64,000 nt of DNA from a phage. The position numbers and the translations under genes were made by a program. The stretch lies in the sequence record PZ452578.1; one strand, given 5' to 3'. The notes under the pieces are model-generated. The model searched no databases. It was not told the DNA's origin and worked only from the letters and a program-made list of their open reading frames with translations. This document shows, piece by piece, positions 39,067-49,362 of the stretch. The stretch's first letter is position 1, and every line of letters begins with the position of its first letter.

Positions 39067-39384
39067 TTATTCTTTAGGGAAGTTTTTAGAATATGCATCA
39101 TAAAGCTTATTTCCAATACGGCGGAAAACTCTAGCCGCAAAACGATTTTCTGGGTTTTTAATCATGATTTGCATCATATAAGTACCCGCGTCAGAAAGAG
39201 CTTCTTCATAGTACCCGTTAATTTCTTTAAGAGTCCTACGTTTACCACCAGGACCATCAACAGTGATTTTCCATTTACCTGTAGAAGTACGACTTGGCGG
39301 CTCAACTTGTTCAATCCAGATATAACCGCCTTCTACACGTTGTCCTGCAGCAGATTCTGCAATAAATTCTTGATATGTTTTCAT
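39067..39384 (-). CDS. internal-protein-like head cargo protein with capsid targeting sequence
   Basis: 105 aa; N-terminus MKTYQEFIAE identical to the CTS consensus; basic body. Confidence 0.7.
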   Translation of the reverse strand: MKTYQEFIAESAAGQRVEGGYIWIEQVEPPSRTSTGKWKITVDGPGGKRRTLKEINGYYEEALSDAGTYMMQIMIKNPENRFAARVFRRIGNKLYDAYSKNFPKE

Positions 39385-39437
39385 GTGTTTCCTTTAAATA
39401 TTTTAATTAGTATAATTTATCTATTTAAGTAACTGTG

Positions 39438-39470
39438 AATATACTATCACAATTCCAAGAGAAAGTAAAC
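39438..39470 (-). promoter_or_regulatory. phage early promoter upstream of the internal-protein genes
   Basis: Minus strand: GTTTAC (-35), spacer, TGaTAGTAT (-10). Confidence 0.5.
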
Positions 39471-39474
39471 AGCT

Positions 39475-40443
<969 letters not shown>

Positions 40444-40462
<19 letters not shown>

Positions 40463-40932
40463 TCAGTGATAAAGTTATTTAAATTTTGAGTATATTTCTT
40501 TTCATCAAAAATCTTTTGCTGTCTGCGTAACCGCCATGGCATTTCAATGAACACGCACCATATTCCAGATAATATTGCTGCTGTCAAAATATTAACAAGC
40601 ATAATTAAAAGAATCCAATCTCCTGTTCTGCCTATTGGACTTTCTCCAAAGAAGCAAAATACGAATGATGACACAGGAAGACTAATGATATACCACAGAA
40701 TCATAATCTTATTTGTAAACCAATCAGCATTTGTTAACTTAGCGCGACCGTTTTGAATACATACGAACTTATCATCTGTTATAGTAGATGGCTTAGCTGC
40801 TTGATATCCCATTCTAAACTCCCTAATTAACAAATTTTTCATATCTTCGGAACAACCATTCCAGTCAACTCTATCAACTGAAATGCCATCATCCCCATCA
40901 TCTAAATCATACCAGCGAGTTTTTAAAATCAT
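40444..40932 (-). CDS. hypothetical membrane protein
   Basis: 162 aa with two hydrophobic helices. Confidence 0.55.
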
Positions 40933-41291
40933 CTGATTTTCCTACAATCACTCACAAACTCTTCCATTGATTCTTTTTCAATATAAGACATGTAGCTATT
41001 ATATTCCTTTAATTGTATTTTGTAATCCTTTTTTCTTTGCCAATTTATTTTAAAATTATCATAATGAAAATATAACACGGTACCAAAGAATGAAAATAAT
41101 GAAATCGCTATAGTAAAACGAAGTTCACTCCAAACCTCTGTTATAATTACTGTGCCGTCGATATTTAAAATAAAACAGTCAATTAACAATCCAATAAGAC
41201 TACCTGCAAGAGCTGCAAATGCTGATACGGCAAGAATTAATAGTGCCTCTGGAAACGAATATTTAACTTTATTTAGTTTTGGCTTTTGCAT
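40929..41291 (-). CDS. hypothetical membrane protein
   Basis: 120 aa with two hydrophobic helices. Confidence 0.55.
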   Translation of the reverse strand: MQKPKLNKVKYSFPEALLILAVSAFAALAGSLIGLLIDCFILNIDGTVIITEVWSELRFTIAISLFSFFGTVLYFHYDNFKINWQRKKDYKIQLKEYNSYMSYIEKESMEEFVSDCRKIR

Positions 41292-41686
41292 CGTGATTCC
41301 TTAACAAATTTCATAATTTCATCAAATTCATACATATCTAGTTTAAGCTGATGTTCCTTTTTAATCTTTTTACACTGCGCTTTCCAATCACGTACGCGTT
41401 TACGATAATGTCTTCCTTGATACCAGTATCCTACCCAATTTACGGGTACTAATAAAAGCGGAACTACCAATGGAAGAATTAGTGTTGCTCCAAATATTAC
41501 ACCAGATTCAATATCAGTCATAACGTCTATAATCATTCCAGCAATCAGCAGAATCACAAATGATACAGCTACCACAGGACCTATTAACACATCAGTAGAA
41601 ATTATCTGACGCTTTAATTCATACTTCAACGGTTTACTTGGAAGGTATAGTGATGGTTTTGACATATTCTCTACATTCCTTAACAA
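41273..41686 (-). CDS. hypothetical membrane protein
   Basis: 137 aa with two hydrophobic helices. Confidence 0.55.
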   Translation of the reverse strand: MLRNVENMSKPSLYLPSKPLKYELKRQIISTDVLIGPVVAVSFVILLIAGMIIDVMTDIESGVIFGATLILPLVVPLLLVPVNWVGYWYQGRHYRKRVRDWKAQCKKIKKEHQLKLDMYEFDEIMKFVKESRCKSQN

Positions 41687-42242
41687 ATTTTTCTAATAAT
41701 AAATCGCTTTCAAAATTGGGATTTTCTACGAATTTATCAAAAAGATCATCAACAATAGTTAAGATATTCTTTTTACTAAGAATACGTTTATTTTCATGCT
41801 TCGTTTCAGAATCAACTATAAGAGTAAAGAAATATTTCTTGCCCTGAAATTTTACAGTAGTATCAATATAGAATAAATTTGACTTTTGTAAATTACGTTT
41901 AAACCATGCATCACTTAAACTATAAACGCCAAGATAATCATAATCGTCGTTTAAATAACAGACCGTCCATTCAGGAGAAACAAAATCAGTAAATTCAACG
42001 TCAAAATCGCATGTTAATAAATGAATTGATTCAATACTGTTAATAAGTATTCCAGGACGTATTAAAGACTTTTTACCTCTAGAAAATCTTCCAGAAAGAC
42101 TTTCATCAGTTTCATATGAAGAACCCCAATAATAATTACGTCCTTCTGCCATACGTTTAAGAGCATTTAGTAATTGGTCTGGAACATCAACCTGTCTTTG
42201 GAACTCTTCAAACATTGAATTGAAATCACTTTGCATTTTCAT
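41634..42242 (-). CDS. hypothetical protein
   Basis: 202-aa ORF. Confidence 0.55.
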   Translation of the reverse strand: MKMQSDFNSMFEEFQRQVDVPDQLLNALKRMAEGRNYYWGSSYETDESLSGRFSRGKKSLIRPGILINSIESIHLLTCDFDVEFTDFVSPEWTVCYLNDDYDYLGVYSLSDAWFKRNLQKSNLFYIDTTVKFQGKKYFFTLIVDSETKHENKRILSKKNILTIVDDLFDKFVENPNFESDLLLEKFVKECREYVKTITIPSK

Positions 42243-42262
42243 TCCTATTTACTCCAAGTAAT

Positions 42263-42278
42263 AGGGGCCGAAGCCCCT
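42263..42278 (-). terminator. UUCG-tetraloop hairpin
   Basis: AGGGGC-UUCG-GCCCCU on the minus-strand transcript between ORFs. Confidence 0.5.
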
Positions 42279-42283
42279 TATCA

Positions 42284-42877
42284 TTATTTCAGAGAATTAA
42301 TGTATTCCTGAACATCGGCAGAGGTAGTTTCAACCCCAGAAATATTGCCATTAAATGTTTCAACTCGGGCAAGAGTATCTTCAATATCAACCTTAGTCAG
42401 CGCTGCAATTTCAACTACATCATCAGCAGTACTAATTCCAAGTGCATTCGCTGCACGAGTTTCACGGATATATTCCAATTTAACTGCAAGTTCTTGGCGA
42501 GCATCATCTAACTCAACTACTTTCTTAGCGATTTCAATTCGCATTTCAGCATACCCATCAGCTTTAGTAGTCAGCTGTTCAGCTGTTCGACGATATAGCA
42601 AACCGAGTTTAGCATGCATTGTTACATCTTGACCTTCGGAAAGAAGCTTGCGAATTTCACGCTCTTTTGATTCAGCCTGTTTATTCTTTTCAATAACAAG
42701 TTCACGAATACGTTTTTCTTCATTAATAGATTTAACAGAAGCAGTTTTTAGATCTTTAATTTTATCAAGTAGTTTTGCTGCTGCAGCAGTATACTGTTCT
42801 TCAACAGATAGATTTTTAGCCATAGCAGAACCAAGTTTAGTGCGAATAAACTCAACAATTTTCTTCAGTGTGTTCAT
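42284..42877 (-). CDS. hypothetical coiled-coil protein
   Basis: 197 aa, predominantly helical with heptad character. Confidence 0.6.
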   Translation of the reverse strand: MNTLKKIVEFIRTKLGSAMAKNLSVEEQYTAAAAKLLDKIKDLKTASVKSINEEKRIRELVIEKNKQAESKEREIRKLLSEGQDVTMHAKLGLLYRRTAEQLTTKADGYAEMRIEIAKKVVELDDARQELAVKLEYIRETRAANALGISTADDVVEIAALTKVDIEDTLARVETFNGNISGVETTSADVQEYINSLK

Positions 42878-42917
42878 AGTATTTCCTTAGGTTAATTAAG
42901 ATTTAAAATCCATGAGA

Positions 42918-42944
42918 GTATTATACTCCGGATAGTTTGTAAAC
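42918..42944 (-). promoter_or_regulatory. phage early promoter
   Basis: Minus strand: GTTTAC (-35), spacer, GAGTATAAT (-10). Confidence 0.55.
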
Positions 42945-43165
42945 TATTTCAACATCGCCTTTTGCTGCTTTATAACCTTCAGCCCAAGATACAACCGAGT
43001 TTTTATCTGAAGATTCAAATTCTGGCATTGGGCTTTCGCCAATGTTCACGCAGTATGTTTCTTCATTTTCGTCGAACCAAATAATTAAAGTAGTCATTTA
43101 TTTCTCCGTTTCTGTATTTGTTTTGATAAGTCTATAATAACACCGTCCTTGGTGTTTGTATACAA

Positions 43166-43441
43166 TTATTTCATATTATTGAAATATTCTTCAGCAATTT
43201 CATCATTATCATGATAAACTTTAGAAGACAGTTTAACATAACCTTCTGCCGTGAACATGTTAATCACAACCTTTACAGTATACCACTGACCGTCTTCATT
43301 ACCCATTACTGCATAAGTTTCAAACATCGGATGGTCAGGACCGATAACTTTAATATCATTCACCGTACGACCAAAATCTTCTGAAACACATTTCATAAAG
43401 AAGTTGAACAGTTCACCGTAATTATCCATTTCATTCTCCAA
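43166..43441 (-). CDS. hypothetical protein
   Basis: 91-aa ORF about 25 nt downstream of the PeSL promoter start site. Confidence 0.55.
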   Translation of the reverse strand: MENEMDNYGELFNFFMKCVSEDFGRTVNDIKVIGPDHPMFETYAVMGNEDGQWYTVKVVINMFTAEGYVKLSSKVYHDNDEIAEEYFNNMK

Positions 43442-43467
43442 GTTGTTTTCTGTATCAGCAGTTGATA

Positions 43468-43502
43468 GTTGTATAGTACCATGGAAGAACAGGGATGTAA
43501 AC
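43468..43502 (-). promoter_or_regulatory. phage early promoter, PeSL-like repeat copy
   Basis: Same ~60-bp element as at 33-66, 26296-26326 and 28433-28466. Confidence 0.6.
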
Positions 43503-43635
43503 AGTTTTGTGAAAAAATTTTTAAAAAGTTTTAGGGAATTCTAGGGTCAGGAGGGGCAATTAAAAGGTAGGATAATATATTATAAAGGGTATAAACTAAA
43601 TGATGCCTAGAGAGGCCCGAAAAGGCCTAGATACC

Positions 43636-43666
43636 AAAAAGCCCCAACCTTTCGGTCGGGGCTAAG
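43636..43666 (-). terminator. intrinsic terminator, 31-bp repeat copy 1
   Basis: Minus-strand transcript GCCCCGAC-CGAAAG-GUUGGGGC plus U5; identical 31-bp sequence at 44191-44221. A second hairpin (AGGCC...GGCCU) follows at 43613-43629. Confidence 0.6.
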
Positions 43667-43670
43667 AATG

Positions 43671-44144
43671 TTATTTGATTTGTTTAGCAGACCAAATGCG
43701 GTCTTTAATAATTTTTTGGATGTCTTCAACATACTCAAGAGAGTGAGCATGTGGGTTATCTTTGAAACTATAAGCACGAGCTAGCTTTTGGCCTTCAGTT
43801 TTGATTACTAAAAGCTCTTTAAGGATAGCTTCATATTTAGAGATAATTCCTTTAACAATATTTTTTTCTTGTGCAGCTTTAGGATCTGCTTTAGGAGCAG
43901 GTTTACCTGAAGCCTTTGCAAAAGCAGCTCCAGTAGCAACTAAACTTTTCCAGGCCATACTAACCGCATTTCCTGTAAATCCTTCTGCTTTCATGTCGCG
44001 AGCAAATTGGAATCGTGATTCATCGGAAGCATCTTTATAGGAATATTTACCCGCGGCAATGGCTGCTTTTGCGACAGCTTGAATTTCGGTGCTAGATGCT
44101 TCATTTAACACCGCTTCATTTAAAAATTGAGCATATGATTTCAT
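43671..44144 (-). CDS. hypothetical Ala/Lys-rich protein with CTS-like N-terminus (candidate head cargo protein)
   Basis: 157 aa; N-terminus MKSYAQFLNE resembles the CTS (L-x-E cleavage context); a late promoter box lies upstream. Confidence 0.55.
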   Translation of the reverse strand: MKSYAQFLNEAVLNEASSTEIQAVAKAAIAAGKYSYKDASDESRFQFARDMKAEGFTGNAVSMAWKSLVATGAAFAKASGKPAPKADPKAAQEKNIVKGIISKYEAILKELLVIKTEGQKLARAYSFKDNPHAHSLEYVEDIQKIIKDRIWSAKQIK

Positions 44145-44180
44145 CTTATTTCCTGTTTTAATTCGTGGTTTTAATATATT

Positions 44181-44188
44181 TATTTATA
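44181..44188 (-). promoter_or_regulatory. late promoter (TATAAATA box)
   Basis: Minus strand TATAAATA about 35 nt upstream of the ATG at 44144. Confidence 0.5.
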
Positions 44189-44190
44189 CT

Positions 44191-44221
44191 AAAAAGCCCC
44201 AACCTTTCGGTCGGGGCTAAG
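44191..44221 (-). terminator. intrinsic terminator, 31-bp repeat copy 2 (end of the tRNA operon)
   Basis: Identical to 43636-43666; hairpin plus U-tract on the minus-strand transcript. Confidence 0.6.
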
Positions 44222-44269
44222 CCTTGCGGCAACCTTGTCGGGGTTCCACCTGCTAAGGCAAGTGTTTGT

Positions 44270-44361
44270 ACGAAACGCCGGGATTCGAACCCGGTTATTA
44301 AGCAGTTGACGCTACTCAATATTTTTAAAAGGCCATATCTCGACCATATCCGAACGTTCCG
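44270..44361 (-). ncRNA. tRNA-like small RNA (canonical acceptor and T-arm, non-canonical anticodon region)
   Basis: Minus strand: 7-bp acceptor stem CGGAACG/CGUUUCG and T-arm CCGGG-UUCGAAU-CCCGG, but no regular anticodon stem-loop; about 92 nt. Confidence 0.35.
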
Positions 44362-44534
44362 TCAAAAACGCTACTCGGCTTACGGCAAAGATATTTCCTC
44401 GAATCGATAATTCGGTGCGCCGTTTCTGCTGTGATATAAGTGGACATTAACAAAACATAAAGATTTATTAATGCCAGTCCTTAAACAGGGAACATCAGTC
44501 CGACGACTTACCGGTAGCGACCCGGCTTCTTGTT

Positions 44535-44610
44535 TGGTCGAGGCAGTAGGAATCGAACCTACGACCTAGGACTTAGAAGGTCCTTGCTCTTCCTTCTGAG
44601 CTATGCCTCG
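44535..44610 (-). tRNA. tRNA-Arg (anticodon UCU)
   Basis: Hand-folded cloverleaf: acceptor CGAGGCA/UGCCUCG, anticodon loop CUUCUAA, T-loop UUCGAUU, encoded CCA. Confidence 0.8.
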
Positions 44611-44614
44611 GATT

Positions 44615-44689
44615 TGGCGGACGTGATAGGATTCGAACCTATAACCAATCGCTTAACAGGCGATCGCTCTGCCATTGAGCTACACATCC
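44615..44689 (-). tRNA. tRNA-Asn (anticodon GUU)
   Basis: Hand-folded: acceptor GGAUGUG/CACGUCC (one G-U), anticodon loop CUGUUAA, T-loop UUCGAAU, encoded CCA. Confidence 0.75.
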
Positions 44690-44693
44690 AAAT

Positions 44694-44780
44694 TGGTGGG
44701 GAGTGATGGAGTCGAACCACCCGAGTCGCAATGACAATGGATTTACAGTCCACACCGCTACCTCTACGGGATAACTCCCC
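44694..44780 (-). tRNA. tRNA-Tyr (anticodon GUA), type II with long variable arm
   Basis: Hand-folded: acceptor GGGGAGU/ACUCCCC, anticodon loop CUGUAAA, long variable arm, T-loop UUCGACU, encoded CCA. Confidence 0.75.
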
Positions 44781-44789
44781 TAATTAATT

Positions 44790-44864
44790 TGGTGGCCCTG
44801 GGTGGAATTGAACCACCATCTGGCGATTATGAGTCGCTTGCTTGAACCTTCCAGCTACAGGGCC
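44790..44864 (-). tRNA. tRNA with CAU anticodon (Ile2/lysidine-type or Met)
   Basis: Hand-folded: acceptor GGCCCUG/CAGGGCC, anticodon loop CUCAUAA, T-loop UUCAAUU, encoded CCA. Confidence 0.7.
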
Positions 44865-44865
44865 T

Positions 44866-44941
44866 TGGTGCTGATTGACGGAATCGAACCGCCGACCTTC
44901 TCATTACAAGTGAGTTGCTCTACCTACTGAGCTAAATCAGC
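44866..44941 (-). tRNA. tRNA-Thr (anticodon UGU)
   Basis: Hand-folded: acceptor GCUGAUU/AAUCAGC, anticodon loop CUUGUAA, T-loop UUCGAUU, encoded CCA. Confidence 0.8.
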
Positions 44942-44946
44942 AAAAC

Positions 44947-45036
44947 TGGCGGAGGCGATAGGATTTGAACCTATGAGTCGCCGGAGCGACTGCCGGTTTT
45001 CAAGACCGGTGCATTAAACCACTCTGCCACGCCTCC
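44947..45036 (-). tRNA. tRNA-Ser (anticodon UGA), type II
   Basis: Hand-folded: acceptor GGAGGCG/CGCCUCC, anticodon loop CUUGAAA, long variable arm, T-loop UUCAAAU, encoded CCA. Confidence 0.8.
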
Positions 45037-45038
45037 AG

Positions 45039-45112
45039 TCTCCATACAAGGATTTGAACCTTGGACCTCCTGATCCCAAATCAGGCGCTCTACCAAACTG
45101 AGCTACACGGAG
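45039..45112 (-). tRNA. tRNA-Pro (anticodon UGG)
   Basis: Hand-folded: acceptor CUCCGUG/UAUGGAG, anticodon loop UUUGGGA, T-loop UUCAAAU; CCA not encoded. Confidence 0.75.
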
Positions 45113-45122
45113 TAAATTAAAT

Positions 45123-45196
<74 letters not shown>

Positions 45197-45201
45197 AAAT
45201 T

Positions 45202-45288
45202 TGGTGCGAGAAGTGGGACTCGAACCCACAAGGAAATCATTCCGCAGCATTTTAAGTGCTGTGCCTTTACCAATTTGACCATTCTCGC
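45202..45288 (-). tRNA. tRNA-Leu (anticodon UAA), type II
   Basis: Hand-folded: acceptor GCGAGAA/UUCUCGC, anticodon loop CUUAAAA, long variable arm, T-loop UUCGAGU, encoded CCA. Confidence 0.8.
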
Positions 45289-45289
45289 G

Positions 45290-45362
45290 CTGGGAATAAA
45301 GGACTCGAACCTTTGCATCCTGGAATCAAAATCCAGTGCCTTACCAACTTGGCTAATTCCCA
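45290..45362 (-). tRNA. tRNA-Gln (anticodon UUG)
   Basis: Hand-folded: acceptor UGGGAAU/AUUCCCA, anticodon loop UUUUGAU, T-loop UUCGAGU; CCA not encoded. Confidence 0.8.
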
Positions 45363-45448
45363 ATTATTAACAAAGGCTCTCAAACAAGAACCCTTGATGA
45401 TAGAGGGTATTAATCAGTGCGGTATGAGTTAATAATAACAAATAATTC

Positions 45449-45964
45449 TTAAAGCAAATTAAACATTTTAACAGTCGGCAAAACAATTTCTTCTTCGATA
45501 TAAGCAAATTCTACATGTTCAACTACACGCAAGAAATCATATTCATAGTATTCAGAAGCATGACCAAGAATATCAATGAGGCCTTCAGATATCTTATTAC
45601 CATTCACAAAGAATAAATCAAATACACGTTCTTCGTCTTCTTCGGATTTATTACCAAGGTCAACTTCTATATCAAAAACCTTTTTAATGAATTCTGGATA
45701 AAGTTGTTCTGAGAACAGTCCTTCAACCAAATATTCATATATAAAAAGCTCTTGCTCGCTGAACAACCCATTACCACAATAACGGTCAGCTTTAGTGCTA
45801 GAATGACGACTCTTAAACTTCTTCAAAAGATATTTAAATTGTTGGAGCTCATGCTCTTCTACGCCAAACAGTGTTTTGGTTTTATAGTTATCACCATCAT
45901 TTTCCCAGGTAGTGACATCAATTACGTAACCCTTAGGAATTGTGCTGCCTAAACGAATATACAT
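45449..45964 (-). CDS. hypothetical acidic protein
   Basis: 171-aa ORF upstream of the tRNA cluster. Confidence 0.55.
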   Translation of the reverse strand: MYIRLGSTIPKGYVIDVTTWENDGDNYKTKTLFGVEEHELQQFKYLLKKFKSRHSSTKADRYCGNGLFSEQELFIYEYLVEGLFSEQLYPEFIKKVFDIEVDLGNKSEEDEERVFDLFFVNGNKISEGLIDILGHASEYYEYDFLRVVEHVEFAYIEEEIVLPTVKMFNLL

Positions 45965-46254
45965 TTGTTCACCATATTAATGTAAGTATATTTAATACAT
46001 TCAAGACCCAAAGGATTCTTGAAAATATCATATTCAAGAGGACCTTTTTCTGTTTCAATAAAGAAATCAAAATTTACTGTATTAAATTTACGGTCTTCCT
46101 TCACTAATTTAACTTGAGAAGATGAACGGTCAATGTAAACCTTTTCAACTTCAAAACATGTTAAAATGCCATAATCATCAATCAAGGCTTTAGCCGCATC
46201 TTGATCATATTTATATCCATTTTCAACGGACGATACTTTCGCATAAAGAATCAT
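45949..46254 (-). CDS. hypothetical protein
   Basis: 101-aa ORF. Confidence 0.5.
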   Translation of the reverse strand: MILYAKVSSVENGYKYDQDAAKALIDDYGILTCFEVEKVYIDRSSSQVKLVKEDRKFNTVNFDFFIETEKGPLEYDIFKNPLGLECIKYTYINMVNKCIFV

Positions 46255-46256
46255 TA

Positions 46257-46646
46257 TTAGCCTTCATCAACAATAGTATGAGTATGGGCATTTACAATTT
46301 GCCACCAATCAAAGCGATTGGAACCATACATTGGTTTGTTTTCATTTTCTTTGATAATATCACGAAGTTCATCTTCGGTAGCGGCTTTCGCGATTAAATC
46401 AGCATATCCACCACGAGGATAATAATTATCACCTGCAAAAAGTAAAAAATTTGGTTTAATATTATTAAACTCTTCAAGAGTAATAACTGTTCCACCAGGT
46501 TGAACAATATCTACATAACTATATCCTAATTTTTGAGCAGCATCTACTGCTTCAAGCAGGGTATCATGAGCCCATCCAATTTGGCAATCTGGCTTTTCAG
46601 ATGGATTAGCTTGATAATCTGCATACACTTTATACATTCTATTCAC
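46257..46646 (-). CDS. hypothetical protein
   Basis: 129-aa ORF. Confidence 0.55.
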   Translation of the reverse strand: MNRMYKVYADYQANPSEKPDCQIGWAHDTLLEAVDAAQKLGYSYVDIVQPGGTVITLEEFNNIKPNFLLFAGDNYYPRGGYADLIAKAATEDELRDIIKENENKPMYGSNRFDWWQIVNAHTHTIVDEG

Positions 46647-46824
46647 CTTTAGAAATTTTATCCATAACGATAGCGATTAAACCAATTAAAAATGCTACTA
46701 CAAGTGAAAAAACATTTTCTGCTGTAGTCAATAATCCGCATATAAATCCAACAAACATTGAAAAACTAAAAGCAGAAGCAGAAATTGCAATAGCAACATT
46801 TCGAATTAATTCACAACGTTTCAT
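46639..46824 (-). CDS. small membrane protein
   Basis: 61 aa, largely one or two hydrophobic helices. Confidence 0.5.
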   Translation of the reverse strand: MKRCELIRNVAIAISASAFSFSMFVGFICGLLTTAENVFSLVVAFLIGLIAIVMDKISKGE

Positions 46825-46844
46825 TTTATTCTCCTCAGTAGTTG

Positions 46845-46882
46845 ATAGGGTAATAGTATCACTACTAAAACCCTATGTAAAC
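46845..46882 (-). promoter_or_regulatory. phage early promoter with the -10 inside a 7-bp inverted repeat
   Basis: Minus strand GTTTAC (-35), spacer, GTGATACTATTACC (-10 region); inverted repeat ATAGGGT/ACCCTAT at 46845-46851 and 46870-46876. Confidence 0.5.
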
Positions 46883-46901
46883 AACTTTGTGAAATTGTTT
46901 A

Positions 46902-47192
46902 TTACAAAAGATTTTTAGCAATAATCTTGAGATGTGCTGCAGAAATGTGTTTAGCTTTAAACAACGCAGTTTCTTCAGCAGGAGAGATAACGATTGTAGC
47001 ACCATCCTTTTTAGCAGACCACCCATCACCTAAGTAAACAGTACCTTTGATTTCTTCGCCATCAACCAGACTAATCATTGGTTTACCTTCTCGTCCTTTA
47101 TTTGCTTTAATAACTTCAGAAGTAAGAGTAGCTTCGGTAATGGTAGAAACCGGGGTAGTTGTAGTAGAAGTAAATTCTTTAAATGTTTTCAT
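46902..47192 (-). CDS. ipI: internal protein I precursor (head-packaged anti-restriction protein)
   Basis: 96 aa; N-terminal MKTFKEF...TITE with an I-x-E protease site at residue 20 would leave a 76-aa mature protein, matching IPI* size; immediately upstream of 57B as in T4. Confidence 0.7.
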   Translation of the reverse strand: MKTFKEFTSTTTTPVSTITEATLTSEVIKANKGREGKPMISLVDGEEIKGTVYLGDGWSAKKDGATIVISPAEETALFKAKHISAAHLKIIAKNLL

Positions 47193-47212
47193 TTTTATTT
47201 TCCTAATTAATT

Positions 47213-47253
47213 TTGATGAGGTAATAGTATCACTACCTCATCAACGTGTAAAC
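47213..47253 (-). promoter_or_regulatory. phage early promoter with the -10 inside an 11-bp inverted repeat, upstream of ipI
   Basis: GTTTAC (-35) at 47248-47253; inverted repeat TTGATGAGGTA/TACCTCATCAA (47213-47223 and 47234-47244) flanks the -10 region. Confidence 0.5.
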
Positions 47254-47265
47254 AACTTTGTGAAA

Positions 47266-47950
<685 letters not shown>

Positions 47951-47951
<1 letters not shown>

Positions 47952-48676
47952 TATAGTACCTTTAGTGTATTTTTAATTTTAGAAAAAAGTTCTTCAAGAG
48001 AACCATCGTTTGTAATTACTAAATCGCCATCACGAATTGGCAATCCAGCTTCTGTAATATGTGTATCATTGGATTTTTGACCAGGACGAACTACATGAAT
48101 TACTGTAGCACCCATCGCCCTAGCCGCATCCATTTCATGATCTTGACGGGTATCAGGAACGATATAATAATCATAACCTGAGTTAAATTTATCAAGATAA
48201 TCTAAAGCAAATAATTTTACCCAGTACATGCGGTCGAAGTTATTAACAATCAAATCCGTACCTAGGGCTTGCATCAGACGACGGACTGACCATTGATCTT
48301 CAATATTATTTATAACGTCAATAATCTTGTTAAATGCTACGGAATTAACTGATTCTTGTCCTTCGTCATCAAAAACAAACACACCCTTAATTGGGCTTTT
48401 ACCATTAAGATAGCAAAATGCTTGTTCCATAATCGTGATTACTTCTAATTTAGTCAGATTTAAATTAGTCTCACGATCATAGTCAATTCCTTCAAACTCT
48501 TTACGAGTTAAACAAGGATAGTCAGTGTTTGCTGCAAATACTCCCCATGCATAAGCCAATGCATCCTTAATAGGACCAGCAAGTTGATATTTAACTGCAG
48601 AATAATTATTCATGATAAAATCTGCAGTAGTATCTTTTCCACTACGCTTTACACCGCTTAAAAAGATTAGTTTCAT
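47951..48676 (-). CDS. 1: deoxynucleoside monophosphate kinase gp1
   Basis: 241 aa from MKLIFLSGVKRSGKDT (P-loop). Confidence 0.9.
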
Positions 48677-48725
48677 GTGTTTCTCCTCAAATTTGATTAA
48701 GATTATAACACACAAAACTGAAGCA

Positions 48726-49256
48726 TTAAACTTCTGCTATAATTTTACCATCTTTTTCTACTTGAAAATAGGTGTAAGGAATCGTTGCAGTACATACTAA
48801 AGCCGGGTCTGAATCTTCTGTGTAGCTAAATTCTACTTCAGATAGGTCAGAAACCCAAGGCTTATAAAAATTTATTGACATCACGATTTCAGTTTTGCTA
48901 TTATCTAAGATGTAAAGCGTAATGTACTCAGGACCTGTTTTTTGGGCAGTATTTTCACCTGTAAGATAGTTGCTAGTTCCTAGCATCCATTCATACATTC
49001 CTATCCATGACTTAAGTTCTTCATCAACTATAAATCTCACGATGAGTGGATCATACTCGAATGTAACGCCTGGACGTTGTGCTCGGCCCAGTCCAAACGG
49101 CCCAGTCACGGTATCAGTAACAGGTATTCTAATTCCTGGAATAGGAACTGACTGAGCATTTAAAGTAAAAGCAGATGTAGTATTACTATGTGGTATTGAT
49201 ACTACAAAGTTAGTTGTATTTGCTTGGTTAAAAATTTGTTGCAGAGCTTGCGACAT
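48726..49256 (-). CDS. 3: tail completion / sheath stabiliser gp3
   Basis: 176 aa from MSQALQQIF; size and position as in T4. Confidence 0.85.
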   Translation of the reverse strand: MSQALQQIFNQANTTNFVVSIPHSNTTSAFTLNAQSVPIPGIRIPVTDTVTGPFGLGRAQRPGVTFEYDPLIVRFIVDEELKSWIGMYEWMLGTSNYLTGENTAQKTGPEYITLYILDNSKTEIVMSINFYKPWVSDLSEVEFSYTEDSDPALVCTATIPYTYFQVEKDGKIIAEV

Positions 49257-49362
49257 ATATTCCTCATAATGCTTTATAACTGTTGGTGGTATAATGGGTC
49301 TAAGTCCCTTCCATTCAATTCCATTTAGAACAAACAACAGAAAAGAATGGAAGATAATAGAA

